Source: Obrimoposthia wandeli
Lineage: Eukaryota
NCBI GenBank assembly: GCA_977020255.1
Contig: CDROCS010001089.1
Coordinates: forward strand, 372,001 to 436,000
Direction: 5' to 3'
Length of the DNA: 64,000 nucleotides
Shown: positions 9,485 through 18,259 of the stretch, one piece after another
Numbering within the stretch: the first letter of the stretch is position 1
Layout of the letters: every line of letters begins with the position of its first letter
Program-made: the position numbers and the translations under genes
Notes under the pieces: generated by a model
Seen by the model: only the letters and a program-made list of their open reading frames with translations
Database searches by the model: none
Told to the model about the DNA's origin: nothing

Positions 9485-10732
9485 ATGAATAAAACTAAAG
9501 CTGCCATTGCTGGCCTAGCTATCGCTGTTTCAACTGTAGTCGCCCAAGCAGGTGAAGTAGAAGTTCTTCACTACTGGACTTCAGGTGGAGAAGCTAAATC
9601 TGTCGGCGTTCTTAAAGACTTATTAACCAAAGAAGGTCATAGCTGGAAAGATTTCGCCGTTGCCGGCGGTGCGGGTGAAGCCGCTATGACTGTTCTTAAA
9701 TCACGTGCAGTATCAGGTAACCCACCTGCTGCGACACAGATGAAAGGTCTAGATATTCAAGAGTGGGCTGATCTTGGCTTCCTTACCAACTTAGACGGCG
9801 TTGCTAAAAAAGCGGGTTGGGATGAATTACTACCCACTGTTGTTAGCGACATCATGAAGTACGAGAACAAATACGTTGCTGTTCCTGTAAACGTACACCG
9901 TGTTAACTGGTTATGGGCTAACCCTGCTGCTTTCGAAAAAGCGGGCGTAAAAGTACCGACCACTTGGGCGCAAATGATCGCTGTTGGTCCTAAATTGAAA
10001 GCAGCGGGTATTATTCCGTTGGCGCACGGTGGCCAAGCTTGGCAGGATGCAACGTTATTTGAAGCCGTTGCTCTAGGTTTAGGTGGATCTGATTTTTACA
10101 ACAAAGCGTTTGTAAAGCATGATGATGCAACCCTACGTAGCCCTAAAATGGTTGAGATTTTCAAAACCTTCAAGCAAACACGTGATTTGATCGACAAGGA
10201 CAGTGCTGGTCGTGATTGGAACCTTGCTACTTCTATGGTTATCAATGGTACAGCCGCTATGCAGATAATGGGTGACTGGGCTAAAGGTGAATTCACTGCT
10301 GCTGGCAAAGTACCTGGAAAAGATTTCATCTGTGCGCCTGCGCCACAAACTGAGCACCAATACACATTCAACATCGATAGCTTCGCAATGTTTAATTTGA
10401 AGAAGAAAGATGATGTTGAAGCGCAAGAAACTTTAGCTCGCTTAATCATGGAACCTACTTTCCAAGAAGCATTTAACCTTAACAAAGGTTCTATCCCTGT
10501 TCGTCAAGGCATGGATGAAACACCTTTCGATAGCTGTGCTAAAGCATCAATGGCAAGTTTCTCGTCAACGGCTAAATCGGGTGACCTAGTACCAAGTTTC
10601 GCACACGGTATGGCAACAACATCTAGCGCGGCCGGTGCTATTTCTGATGTTGTTACAAACTTCTTCAACAGCGATCAAAGTGCTGAAGATGCGGTAACTA
10701 AACTAGCTAACTCTGTTAAAGCTAGCTTGTAA
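9485..10732 (+). CDS. Sugar ABC transporter solute-binding protein (glucose/mannose GtsA-like)
   Basis: Signal peptide; EVEVLHYWTSGGEA, FAVAGGAG, AVPVNVHRVNWLW, QIMGDWAKGEF motifs of Pseudomonas-type glucose-binding proteins. Confidence 0.88.
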   Translation: MNKTKAAIAGLAIAVSTVVAQAGEVEVLHYWTSGGEAKSVGVLKDLLTKEGHSWKDFAVAGGAGEAAMTVLKSRAVSGNPPAATQMKGLDIQEWADLGFLTNLDGVAKKAGWDELLPTVVSDIMKYENKYVAVPVNVHRVNWLWANPAAFEKAGVKVPTTWAQMIAVGPKLKAAGIIPLAHGGQAWQDATLFEAVALGLGGSDFYNKAFVKHDDATLRSPKMVEIFKTFKQTRDLIDKDSAGRDWNLATSMVINGTAAMQIMGDWAKGEFTAAGKVPGKDFICAPAPQTEHQYTFNIDSFAMFNLKKKDDVEAQETLARLIMEPTFQEAFNLNKGSIPVRQGMDETPFDSCAKASMASFSSTAKSGDLVPSFAHGMATTSSAAGAISDVVTNFFNSDQSAEDAVTKLANSVKASL

Positions 10733-10806
10733 AAATTTGAGGAGATTATTCTTCTCTTTGAGAAGCTATCGTAAAAGATAGCCTCTCTTGTGGTACACAT
10801 ATCACA

Positions 10807-10852
10807 GAGCCGCGCTTGTTCTAACGAACAACTTTAGCGCGGCTCGCTTTTT
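10807..10852 (+). terminator. Intercistronic hairpin after the binding-protein gene (partial terminator or mRNA stabiliser)
   Basis: GAGCCGCGCT/AGCGCGGCTC outer stem, TTGTTC/GAACAA inner stem, then GCTTTTT. Confidence 0.6.
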
Positions 10853-11824
10853 ATGTGTATCCAATCTTTAGGTATTCACATTCGCAACTTCTTAAATAGC
10901 GATAATACGCCCAATCTTCAGGTGACACCCGTGGCTAAAAAACGCCCTTTAACTGACATACTCGCTGACAGCTTACCAAAGCTGGTGCTTGCTCCTTCAT
11001 TTTTGATAGTGATGGTTTGCATATACGGCTACATAATATGGACAGTTGCTCTATCTTTTACAAAATCACGCATGCTTCCACAGTGGAAGTTCATTGGTTT
11101 TGAGCAATACACCAAACTTTTTAACAATGACCGCTGGGACGTAGCGACCCAGAATTTAATCATTTTCGGCGGTTTATTTATCATTATCTGTTTAGCTATT
11201 GGTATTTCAATGGCTATATTACTCGACCAGAAAATTCGTCAAGAAGGTGTGCTACGTACTATTTATTTGTACCCAATGGCGATCTCATTTATCGTCACAG
11301 GTACTGCCTGGAAATGGCTCTTAAACCCTAGCATTGGTATAGAAAAAATTGTGCGTGATTGGGGCTTTAGCGATTTTACCTTTGACTGGCTAGTCAACTC
11401 CGAAATGGTGGTGTTCTGTTTAGTAATTGCTGCCGTATGGCAGTCATCTGGCTTTGTGATGGCGTTATTCTTAGCGGGATTACGCGGTGTCGACAGCGAA
11501 ATGATTAAAGCGGCTCAACTTGACGGTGCTTCTATGCCGACCGTTTACCGTCGCATAATTTTACCGAGCTTAAAGCCGGTGTTCTTCAGTGCCTTTGTGA
11601 TTCTATCGCATATCGCTATTAAGAGTTTTGACCTAGTCACCGCATTAACCGGTGGTGGCCCCGGTTACAGCTCAGATCTTCCTGCTAACTTTATGTATTC
11701 GTTTGCCTTTACCCGTTCACAAATGGGCTTAGGTGCTGCTAGTGGTGTCGTGATGTTAGGAGGGGTACTGGCTATCTTAATCCCTTACCTTTACAGCGAA
11801 CTTCGAAATAAGAATGCGGGGTAA
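10853..11824 (+). CDS. Sugar ABC permease 1 (GtsB-like); probable start GTG 10931
   Basis: EAA-loop variant EMIKAAQLDGAS; IYLYPMAISFIVTG; AGGTG RBS before 10931. Confidence 0.9.
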   Translation: MCIQSLGIHIRNFLNSDNTPNLQVTPVAKKRPLTDILADSLPKLVLAPSFLIVMVCIYGYIIWTVALSFTKSRMLPQWKFIGFEQYTKLFNNDRWDVATQNLIIFGGLFIIICLAIGISMAILLDQKIRQEGVLRTIYLYPMAISFIVTGTAWKWLLNPSIGIEKIVRDWGFSDFTFDWLVNSEMVVFCLVIAAVWQSSGFVMALFLAGLRGVDSEMIKAAQLDGASMPTVYRRIILPSLKPVFFSAFVILSHIAIKSFDLVTALTGGGPGYSSDLPANFMYSFAFTRSQMGLGAASGVVMLGGVLAILIPYLYSELRNKNAG

Positions 11825-12707
11825 CAAAATGACTAATTTTCAACACCGATCGTTGTTACAACATATTTTGCGATTTGCGCTCTACGCTGTATTACTAGTC
11901 ATGGCCTTTTTGTATTTACTGCCACTGGTTGTGATGGTGCTAAATTCGCTAAAAGACGTTGAGGAAATACGCACGGGGAGCTTACTCGCACTTCCTCAAG
12001 ACCCTAGCTTCGCCGCTTGGAGTAAAGCGTGGGGCAGCGCCTGCACAGGTAGTACTTGTGAAGGTATCGCACCGTTTTTTTCCAACTCTTTCAAAATTGT
12101 TGTTCCAGCCGTTATCATTTCAACGCTTCTGGGTGCGCTTAACGGCTATGTGCTATCCATGTGGCGCTTTAAAGGCAGTGAGCTATTCTTTGGCTTCTTG
12201 TTGTTTGGCTGCTTTATCCCTTTCCAAGTCATTCTTATCCCGATGGCAATGACGTTAGGCTGGTTAGGCTTAGCCAGTAGTGCTAGTGGTTTAATACTCG
12301 TGCATGTTATTTACGGTATGGCATTTACGACACTGTTCTTTCGCAACTACTATATTGGTTTACCGAGAGAGTTAATCAGTGCCGCTAAGATTGATGGTGC
12401 AGGCTTTTTCTTAATCTTTTGGCGCATCGTATTGCCGCTATCTCCACCGATTATCGTGGTCACGGTGATTTGGCAATTCACCCAAATTTGGAATGATTTC
12501 TTATTTGGAGTGGTGTTTTCAGGAGTTGATAACTTACCCGTCACCGTCGCCTTAAACAATTTAGTAAACACCAGTTTTGGTGGTAAAGAATATAACGTCG
12601 ATATGGCCGCTGCACTACTTGCCGCAATGCCTACCATTCTTGTTTATATCTTCGCTGGTAAATATTTTGTACGTGGCTTGTCAGCCGGTGCAGTAAAAGG
12701 AGCATAA
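11814..12707 (+). CDS. Sugar ABC permease 2 (GtsC-like); probable start ATG 11829
   Basis: [12 protein letters not shown] loop, [28 protein letters not shown]-terminus. Confidence 0.9.
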   Translation: MRGNKMTNFQHRSLLQHILRFALYAVLLVMAFLYLLPLVVMVLNSLKDVEEIRTGSLLALPQDPSFAAWSKAWGSACTGSTCEGIAPFFSNSFKIVVPAVIISTLLGALNGYVLSMWRFKGSELFFGFLLFGCFIPFQVILIPMAMTLGWLGLASSASGLILVHVIYGMAFTTLFFRNYYIGLPRELISAAKIDGAGFFLIFWRIVLPLSPPIIVVTVIWQFTQIWNDFLFGVVFSGVDNLPVTVALNNLVNTSFGGKEYNVDMAAALLAAMPTILVYIFAGKYFVRGLSAGAVKGA

Positions 12708-12709
12708 AA

Positions 12710-13807
12710 ATGGCTGCATTAACCATTGAAAACGTTAGAAAGAGTTACGGTTCAACACAAGTTCTAAAAGGGATTAATATCGCCATCGATAAAGGTGAGT
12801 TCCTAGTACTTATTGGTCCATCTGGTTGCGGAAAATCAACCATGATGAACAGTATCGCCGGATTAGAATCAGTCACACAAGGGACTATCTCTATTGGCGG
12901 TGAAGATGTCACCCACGCTAATCCTAAAGATCGCGATATTGCGATGGTGTTCCAATCCTACGCGCTCTACCCAAATATGACAGTGCGCGGTAATATCTCG
13001 TTTGGTCTTGAAGTACGCAAAATACCCAAAGCTGAGCGCGAAGTACAAGTAGATAAGGTGGCTAAGTTATTGCAGATTGAGCATTTGCTCGACAGAAAGC
13101 CCGCGCAGCTCTCTGGTGGTCAACGCCAGCGTGTGGCTATGGGGCGTGCATTAGCGCGTGAACCAAAAATATACTTATTTGATGAGCCGCTTTCTAACTT
13201 AGATGCAAAACTACGCGTAGAAATGCGTGCAGAGATCAAAAAACTCCACCAGCGTTTAGGAACCACGATTGTCTACGTTACCCACGATCAGGTAGAAGCG
13301 ATGACGCTTGCCGACCGTATTGCAGTGATGCAAGACGGGCTATTATTACAACTAGCCACGCCACAGCAAATTTATGACCAGCCCGTTAATATTTTTGTAG
13401 CCGGTTTTATGGGCTCCCCTCCAATGAACTTTATCAAAGCGACGCTTGAGAGTGAAACTTTGTTAGCCATTGAAATGGGTGATCAGAAAATCCAACTACC
13501 GATAGCAGAAAGCAAAAACTTCAATGCATATCTTGGCAAGCCTGTTATCTTAGGTATTCGACCTGAAATGATCACAGAGCCTTTAGAGCATAAACGCTCT
13601 TTAGCTTGTGTAAAAACATTAAAGCTACCCACAATTCTAACTGAAGCAATGGGAGCCGATACTATGGTGTTAGCTCAGTTTGGTAATAAAGAGCTAAATT
13701 GTCGTGTTAACCCAAGTTATAAAATTGAGCTGGGAAAAGAGTGCGAGTTCATGTTTGATATGAGTAAAGCCGTGCTGTTTGATCCACAAACAGAACTGCT
13801 CATCTAA
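12710..13807 (+). CDS. Sugar ABC ATPase (MalK/UgpC/GtsD family)
   Basis: Walker [41 protein letters not shown]. Confidence 0.95.
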   Translation: MAALTIENVRKSYGSTQVLKGINIAIDKGEFLVLIGPSGCGKSTMMNSIAGLESVTQGTISIGGEDVTHANPKDRDIAMVFQSYALYPNMTVRGNISFGLEVRKIPKAEREVQVDKVAKLLQIEHLLDRKPAQLSGGQRQRVAMGRALAREPKIYLFDEPLSNLDAKLRVEMRAEIKKLHQRLGTTIVYVTHDQVEAMTLADRIAVMQDGLLLQLATPQQIYDQPVNIFVAGFMGSPPMNFIKATLESETLLAIEMGDQKIQLPIAESKNFNAYLGKPVILGIRPEMITEPLEHKRSLACVKTLKLPTILTEAMGADTMVLAQFGNKELNCRVNPSYKIELGKECEFMFDMSKAVLFDPQTELLI

Positions 13808-13836
13808 ACGTTCAGCAACCCAAAAGTGAACAATAT

Positions 13837-13861
13837 AAGGGGAGCAGATGCTCTCCTTTTC
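13837..13861. terminator. Hairpin between convergent ABC ATPase and soxR
   Basis: AAGGGGAGCA/TGCTCTCCTT stem followed by T-run. Confidence 0.65.
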
Positions 13862-13873
13862 TTAGCCTAGTGT

Positions 13874-14338
13874 TTAATTAGCCTCTGCATCTAGCAAACA
13901 AGCACCACTACCCTCTTTTGCAAGCACATCATATGGGTTTACCACTTTGCACTTATCCAATGAAAGGCACCCACAACCAATGCACTCGGACATTTGATTA
14001 CGTAATAAGGTTAAACGTTGGATACGTTTATTCAACTGTGCTTGCCAATTCATCGATAGCTGTTCCCAATCTTGTTGAGTCATCTTTGCTCTGTTAGGCA
14101 GTACGCTTAAGGCGGTTTCTATTTCACTTAGGCTGATGCCTATATTTTGCGCAAAGCGGATGATCGCTAAAATACGTAAGATGACGCGGCTGTAGCGCCT
14201 ATGATTAGAGGAGTTTCGGGTGCTGTAAATGAGTTTTTTACGCTCATAAAAATGAATGGCAGAAATAGACACGCCAGAGCGATGCGCTAATTCTCCTACA
14301 GAAAACTGCTTGGTTAAATTAATGGCTGATAAATGCAA
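13874..14338 (-). CDS. soxR: Redox-sensitive transcriptional activator SoxR (MerR family, 2Fe-2S)
   Basis: SVGELAHRSGVSISAIHFYE HTH, RNSSNHRRY, and the CIGCGCLSLDKC cluster-binding motif. Confidence 0.93.
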   Translation of the reverse strand: MHLSAINLTKQFSVGELAHRSGVSISAIHFYERKKLIYSTRNSSNHRRYSRVILRILAIIRFAQNIGISLSEIETALSVLPNRAKMTQQDWEQLSMNWQAQLNKRIQRLTLLRNQMSECIGCGCLSLDKCKVVNPYDVLAKEGSGACLLDAEAN

Positions 14339-14347
14339 AATAACCTC

Positions 14348-14378
14348 TTGACCTAAACTTAAGTTGAGGTTTTAAGAT
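14348..14378 (+). promoter_or_regulatory. SoxR-activated promoter with SoxR box
   Basis: TTGACC-19 nt-TAAGAT (MerR-type long spacer) with dyad ACCTAAACTTAAGTTGAGGT at 14351-14370. Confidence 0.88.
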
Positions 14379-14449
14379 ACCCACTGAGCAACTTCATAAC
14401 AAGTAAGTTACACAATAAATAACGCATTCAACAGATTATAGGATACCCC

Positions 14450-14977
14450 ATGAAATTATTAGCCTTTGCCGCCAGTAATAGTACCAAGTCGATCAATAAG
14501 CAGCTAGCCACCTTCGCAACAACACTCATTGAGAAAACCCAAGTTGAAGTATTGGATTTAAATGATTATGAAATGTCAATTTACAGTGAAGATCGTGAGA
14601 AAGATTCAGGCATACCGGTTAAAGCGCAGCAGTTTTTTGATAAAATAGGCAGCAGTGACGCTGTGATCATTGCATATGCTGAACATAACGGTAGCTATAG
14701 TGCTGCATATAAAAATATTTTTGATTGGTGCTCGCGTATCAGTCAAAAACTTTTCCAAAATAAGCCATTGGTTTTATTATCCACTTCTGGAGGCGCAAGA
14801 GGCGGTGCTACCGTTTTAAAAACAGCCACCGATAGCGCTGTTTACTTTGCTGGCGATGTAGTGGCTAGTTTAGCTGTACCTAACTTCTATGATGTTTTCG
14901 ATATTGAAAGTGGGTTAATAACAGATGATGCAACCAGGCAGCAATTAACCGACGCCATGAGCAAGCTAGTTAAATAG
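14450..14977 (+). CDS. NADPH-dependent FMN reductase (flavodoxin-like, ChrR/SsuE family)
   Basis: AFAASNSTKSINKQL, AEHNGSYSAAYKNIFDW, STSGGARGG motifs. Confidence 0.85.
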   Translation: MKLLAFAASNSTKSINKQLATFATTLIEKTQVEVLDLNDYEMSIYSEDREKDSGIPVKAQQFFDKIGSSDAVIIAYAEHNGSYSAAYKNIFDWCSRISQKLFQNKPLVLLSTSGGARGGATVLKTATDSAVYFAGDVVASLAVPNFYDVFDIESGLITDDATRQQLTDAMSKLVK

Positions 14978-15102
14978 CTCATTGCTTGTAATGAGATTAG
15001 AGGTGCAGCTTGTCCCGATGCAAATGCATCACTGCTTGAACTTAACCGCTGCGATCGCTACATTAGGTATTTGATTCTCCTGCAATAAAACTAAAACGGG
15101 GT

Positions 15103-16407
15103 TTGCACATGCCTATTGATCAGCCAAAAAGAGTTATTAATTCTCGCATCGCTAAATTACGCCAAAAAAATCCTGCCCAACGCTTATTGCAAGTGCTACA
15201 GCAAGCAGATTTAGCTGATAGTTACGCGGAAAAGTTTAATAGCACTGATAACAGCAGCGCTCTCCCCTTAGCCATGGCTGATGCCATGATAGAAAACGTG
15301 GTTGGTAAATTTGAACTCCCACTAGGTATTGCTACAAACTTCATTATTAATGACAAAGAATACCTCATACCGATGGCCGTTGAGGAACCCTCTGTGGTGG
15401 CCGCTGCATCCCATATGGCTAAAATTGTTAGAGACTGTGGCGGGTTCATAATGGATTGCGATCAGCCTATTATGCGTGCACAAGTACAAATACTCGCGGT
15501 TAAAGATCTTGTGGCTACTCGCGAAAAGTTATTACAAGCGACAGACACCTTAATTGAACTTGCCAATAGTAAAGACCAAGTCTTACTGGCTTTAGGCGGC
15601 GGCTGTAAAGAAGTAGAAGTACATACTTTTGAAGAATCACCTATCGGCCCAATGTTGGTATTACACTTACTAGTGGATGTACGAGACGCTATGGGTGCCA
15701 ATACGGTAAATACCATGGCGGAAATGATAGCCCCTAAAGTGGAAGAAATTAGCGGTGGCGACGTACGCTTGCGTATTTTATCCAATTTGGCAGATCGGCG
15801 TTTAGTAAGAGGTAAAGTGAAAATTCCTTTTAGCGCTTTGACCACGCAAGACTTTCAAGGATGTGATGTGGCGCAAGGTATCGTAGAAGCGTGCGCCTTA
15901 GCTATTATTGACCCTTATAGAGCTGCGACACATAACAAAGGGATTATGAATGGGGTAGACCCTATTGTTATTGCCACCGCAAATGACTGGCGCGCCATTG
16001 AAGCAGGTGCTCACGCTTGGGCTGCAAGAAATGGTCGTTATAGTGCGCTGTCTAATTGGCAAATAATTGATGATTGCTTAATAGGCACTATTGAAATGCC
16101 AATGGCATTGGGCATTGTGGGTGGGGCCACAAAAACCCACCCTACCGCACAAGCTTCACTTACCTTAATGAATATTCAATCAGCATCCGAGCTTGCACAA
16201 CTGGTGGTAGCTGTTGGCCTTGCTCAGAATCTAGCTGCTCTTAAGGCATTAGCGACAGAAGGCATTCAAAAAGGGCACATGGCACTGCATGCCAGAAATA
16301 TTGCTATTATAGCGGGTGCTAAGGGTATTGAAATTGAACGTATTGCCAAGTTGATCGCCAATGAGGGTAACGTTAATGTAAACAGAGCCAAAGAACTGAT
16401 GTGTTAG
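15103..16407 (+). CDS. mvaA: Class II HMG-CoA reductase (MvaA-type); start TTG 15103 or ATG 15109
   Basis: ENVVG, AVEEPSVVAA, DAMGANTVN, HNKGIMNG, EGIQKGHMALH motifs. Confidence 0.88.
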   Translation: MHMPIDQPKRVINSRIAKLRQKNPAQRLLQVLQQADLADSYAEKFNSTDNSSALPLAMADAMIENVVGKFELPLGIATNFIINDKEYLIPMAVEEPSVVAAASHMAKIVRDCGGFIMDCDQPIMRAQVQILAVKDLVATREKLLQATDTLIELANSKDQVLLALGGGCKEVEVHTFEESPIGPMLVLHLLVDVRDAMGANTVNTMAEMIAPKVEEISGGDVRLRILSNLADRRLVRGKVKIPFSALTTQDFQGCDVAQGIVEACALAIIDPYRAATHNKGIMNGVDPIVIATANDWRAIEAGAHAWAARNGRYSALSNWQIIDDCLIGTIEMPMALGIVGGATKTHPTAQASLTLMNIQSASELAQLVVAVGLAQNLAALKALATEGIQKGHMALHARNIAIIAGAKGIEIERIAKLIANEGNVNVNRAKELMC

Positions 16408-16488
16408 CTCTCTTTACATTTTAAAATTACAACAAGTAATTCACCTTCAATACTGCATTATTGCGCCTGCTAGCTTAACTCGTTGCCA

Positions 16489-16517
16489 AAATGGCTTACT
16501 ATGACTGTAAGCCATTT
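16489..16517. terminator. Hairpin between convergent mvaA and the phnZ-phnY fusion
   Basis: Perfect 11-bp stem AAATGGCTTAC/GTAAGCCATTT. Confidence 0.65.
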
Positions 16518-16528
16518 ACCCATCAGCT

Positions 16529-17962
16529 TTACAGCTTATGCTCTGTCGGTGTAGCAATGTGGAAATTAGGGTTACTAAATTCACGGTGCTTCATATCATA
16601 ATAAGCATCATAGTAATCACCATCCTGCGCGGCATTAAAAGTGAAGAACATTGCGCGGCGTGAATTCAGTGAATTGTTTTTATCTGAATAGTGAGGAACA
16701 TAAGAATCAAAAATAACTAAATCACCACTTTTCGCAGGAATAGCCTGCCATTGTAATTGATCTGATACTGACTGCTCAATAGCACCATGCTTAGGCCCGC
16801 CAACATTACTTGGCAGTACTGGTAACTCCCCTACTTTGGTAACCACGCGTTTGGTATCAAGTTTTGCTAAATCTTTTAAGTAATCTTTAGGGAAGTAGAG
16901 GCAGCCATTTTCTAAAGTTGCATCATCTAAAAATATAGCCACGGTTACATGATATTTCGGATTGAAATGATCATAAGCAATAACATCTTGGTGCGGGTCA
17001 AACGCTCCGCCACCCGGGTTTTTTTCATTACACTTGTCTTTAAATAATACAAAATCAGTGCCCGTTAACTGTTTAATTAGCTTTTGCAATTTAGGAACTA
17101 AGTTATGCTTAACTTCAGTGCTGAATCCGTTAATGTACTCATAACGGCACACTTTTTTCGAATCATCTTGCTCAGGTACTACAATAAGCTCGGTTAAGTT
17201 CTCTTGATAAAAATCATCTAAGCTTTGCTTTGAACCATCTAATTGATTTAATAACGACTGCGCGTGTTTATTCAGCGTTTTTACTTCGTTCTCAAGGCTA
17301 TCCAACTCACTATTATCAAATGCTTGTGGTAGGACAATGTAACCTCTTTTCTGAAAGTGCTCGGCTTCGTCATGCATAGTCTTAATCTCCGTTTCAGCAG
17401 GCTTTATCGTCGCTGCTAAGTGATGTGAGTAATGCTCGATTGAGTGTTTACTGAGCTCTAAGCTTTTGCCCTCATCATCCCAACGGCGCAGCTTGATAGA
17501 CTCTACAAAATAGGGAATTGCTGTAAAAGCTTGCTGCTCTTCTTCAGTCATCAACCCTCCTTGATTTTTAAGCGAATCTAAAGAAGCTGCTGATAAGCTC
17601 TCCAGATAACCTTCTTCGACACTACATAAATAACGCTTCGCTTGGGCATGCTGGCGAATAGGCTCTATAACGGCATTGGAAAAATATGGGCTAAGAAAAT
17701 CAGCACCTATTGAATCGTGCTTATAATTGCCAAATGCGATATCAGTTGCCGCCATTAAATGACCGATATCATGTAACAGCGCAGCGCTAATTAATTCGTC
17801 AGATTCCCCTGCTCTTACGGCGAGCTCAGCACACTGTACGGCATGCTCTATTTGAGTGATATCTTCGCCATAGGTTAGATTTCCTTGATCATTATATAGC
17901 TCAACTATTGTCGTCAGAAATGGATGTACTTTTGCAGCAGGTGCATTCATATTTGGCCTCAC
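16529..17962 (-). CDS. Fusion of PhnZ-like HD-domain di-iron oxygenase (N-terminal) and PhnY*-like Fe(II)/2-oxoglutarate PhyH dioxygenase (C-terminal); probable start ATG 17950
   Basis: HD half: YGEDITQIEH, LLHDIGH, KHDSIG, QHAQAKRYL, LSAASLDSLKNQGG, LRRWDDEGK. PhyH half: FKDKCNEKNPGGGAFDPHQD, LDDATLENGCL, GDLVIFDSYVPHYS, RRAMFFTFN. One continuous 477-codon frame. Confidence 0.85.
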   Translation of the reverse strand: MRPNMNAPAAKVHPFLTTIVELYNDQGNLTYGEDITQIEHAVQCAELAVRAGESDELISAALLHDIGHLMAATDIAFGNYKHDSIGADFLSPYFSNAVIEPIRQHAQAKRYLCSVEEGYLESLSAASLDSLKNQGGLMTEEEQQAFTAIPYFVESIKLRRWDDEGKSLELSKHSIEHYSHHLAATIKPAETEIKTMHDEAEHFQKRGYIVLPQAFDNSELDSLENEVKTLNKHAQSLLNQLDGSKQSLDDFYQENLTELIVVPEQDDSKKVCRYEYINGFSTEVKHNLVPKLQKLIKQLTGTDFVLFKDKCNEKNPGGGAFDPHQDVIAYDHFNPKYHVTVAIFLDDATLENGCLYFPKDYLKDLAKLDTKRVVTKVGELPVLPSNVGGPKHGAIEQSVSDQLQWQAIPAKSGDLVIFDSYVPHYSDKNNSLNSRRAMFFTFNAAQDGDYYDAYYDMKHREFSNPNFHIATPTEHKL

Positions 17963-18030
17963 TTTTCACGCTATTCAGTTTTAGTTATTTTTAGATTGAT
18001 GTCATTGTTATAGATCATAAAACATTTCAT

Positions 18031-18044
18031 CTGGTATATACCAG
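18031..18044. promoter_or_regulatory. Perfect palindrome, PhnF/PhnR-like (GntR/HutC) operator candidate
   Basis: CTGGTATATACCAG; resembles the TGGTATAGACCA-type PhnF operator as I recall it. Confidence 0.55.
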
Positions 18045-18062
18045 TAATATTCCCACTTTATT

Positions 18063-18080
18063 ATGACAGTTTGATGAAAC
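18063..18080 (-). promoter_or_regulatory. Pho box oriented toward the phnZ-phnY fusion
   Basis: Minus strand GTTTCAT-CAAA-CTGTCAT: 11-bp period, second half-site perfect; -10 element is weak (AATATT). Confidence 0.6.
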
Positions 18081-18142
18081 CCTTTGCTTAATAATAAGCA
18101 GGATAAAGCCAATGCCAATATCAGTAGCGGCTGGTCTTTTAG

Positions 18143-18176
18143 CTGTCACTTAATTGTCATATTCGCCACTTATACT
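18143..18176 (+). promoter_or_regulatory. Pho box plus -10 element driving the family-5 binding protein
   Basis: CTGTCAC-TTAA-TTGTCAT (18143-18160), then exactly 10 nt, then TATACT (18171-18176): canonical PhoB promoter geometry. Confidence 0.8.
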
Positions 18177-18259
18177 CCTTATTTAGAAATTACTTACAGT
18201 TTCAATTAGTTAAAAATTAACGGCACAATTCACACGCTCTCTAATTATGGGATTATTAT

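Noticed and set aside
16529-17400. Calling the dioxygenase half TmpA or ectoine hydroxylase EctD
   Set aside because: TmpA is BBOX-like rather than PhyH-like; the EctD signature is absent; fusion to a PhnZ-type HD domain and Pho boxes favour PhnY*
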